A stretch of 64,000 nt of DNA, from IMG/VR virus record IMGVR_UViG_3300031957_001236. One strand, written 5' to 3'. Of the stretch, positions 63,999-64,000 are shown in pieces. Position numbers and translations under genes: made by a program. The notes under the pieces were generated by a model, which saw only the letters and a program-made list of their open reading frames with translations, ran no database searches and was not told the origin of the DNA. The DNA is from an uncultured virus (IMG/VR IMGVR_UViG_3300031957_001236) (lineage: Duplodnaviria > Heunggongvirae > Uroviricota > Caudoviricetes). Each line of letters opens with the position of its first letter. Positions within the stretch are counted from its first letter, which is position 1.

Positions 63999-64000
63999 AT

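Noticed and set aside
1..64000. CRISPR array, tRNA, tmRNA, reverse transcriptase/DGR, integrase or transposase
   Set aside because: No regularly spaced direct repeats, cloverleaf signatures or corresponding protein motifs seen by eye; intergenic space is very small. A computational scan could still find weak cases
1..64000. Stop-codon reassignment as the cause of gene splitting
   Set aside because: Conserved genes are full length in the standard code, all three stops are used at genuine ends, and the polymerase pieces are in different frames

Overview
This window is a 64 kb, gene-dense segment of a large lytic myophage genome with a T4-like virion; almost all genes lie on the minus strand. 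The right half (about 28-64 kb) is the morphogenesis module: spike gp5-like, gp25, gp6, gp7-like, three paralogous fibre-anchor proteins, two fibre/spike proteins, a 1690-aa Cys-repeat protein, PAAR, head core proteins, gp21 protease, gp22, gp23 capsid, gp13/14/15 neck, gp18 sheath and gp19 tube. The left half (about 0.7-26 kb) holds replication, recombination and nucleotide genes: a Clp-type ATPase, RecA, a MazG-like pyrophosphatase, a six-gene glycosyl/methyltransferase cassette, gp32 SSB, UvsY-like, DnaB/gp41 helicase, class II RNR, gp46/47, ThyX, a family A DNA polymerase, gp55-like sigma and a resolvase. The most notable observations are: (1) the family A polymerase, with an N-terminal degenerate UDG domain, is split over three consecutive ORFs; (2) a structured intergenic RNA candidate carries a perfect 13-nt complement of the 16S rRNA 3' end; (3) a 15-bp hairpin buries a ribosome binding site and has a late-promoter motif in its loop; (4) a near-palindromic ACTATWATAG box often sits 5 nt before SD-less start codons; (5) the prohead protease carries a long cationic tail flanked by putative self-cleavage sites; (6) the single-ring Clp ATPase has a ClpP-docking LGF loop. 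All assignments come from motif recognition and synteny by eye; no database searches or folding programs were run. No tRNA, rRNA, CRISPR array, intein or IS element was recognised.
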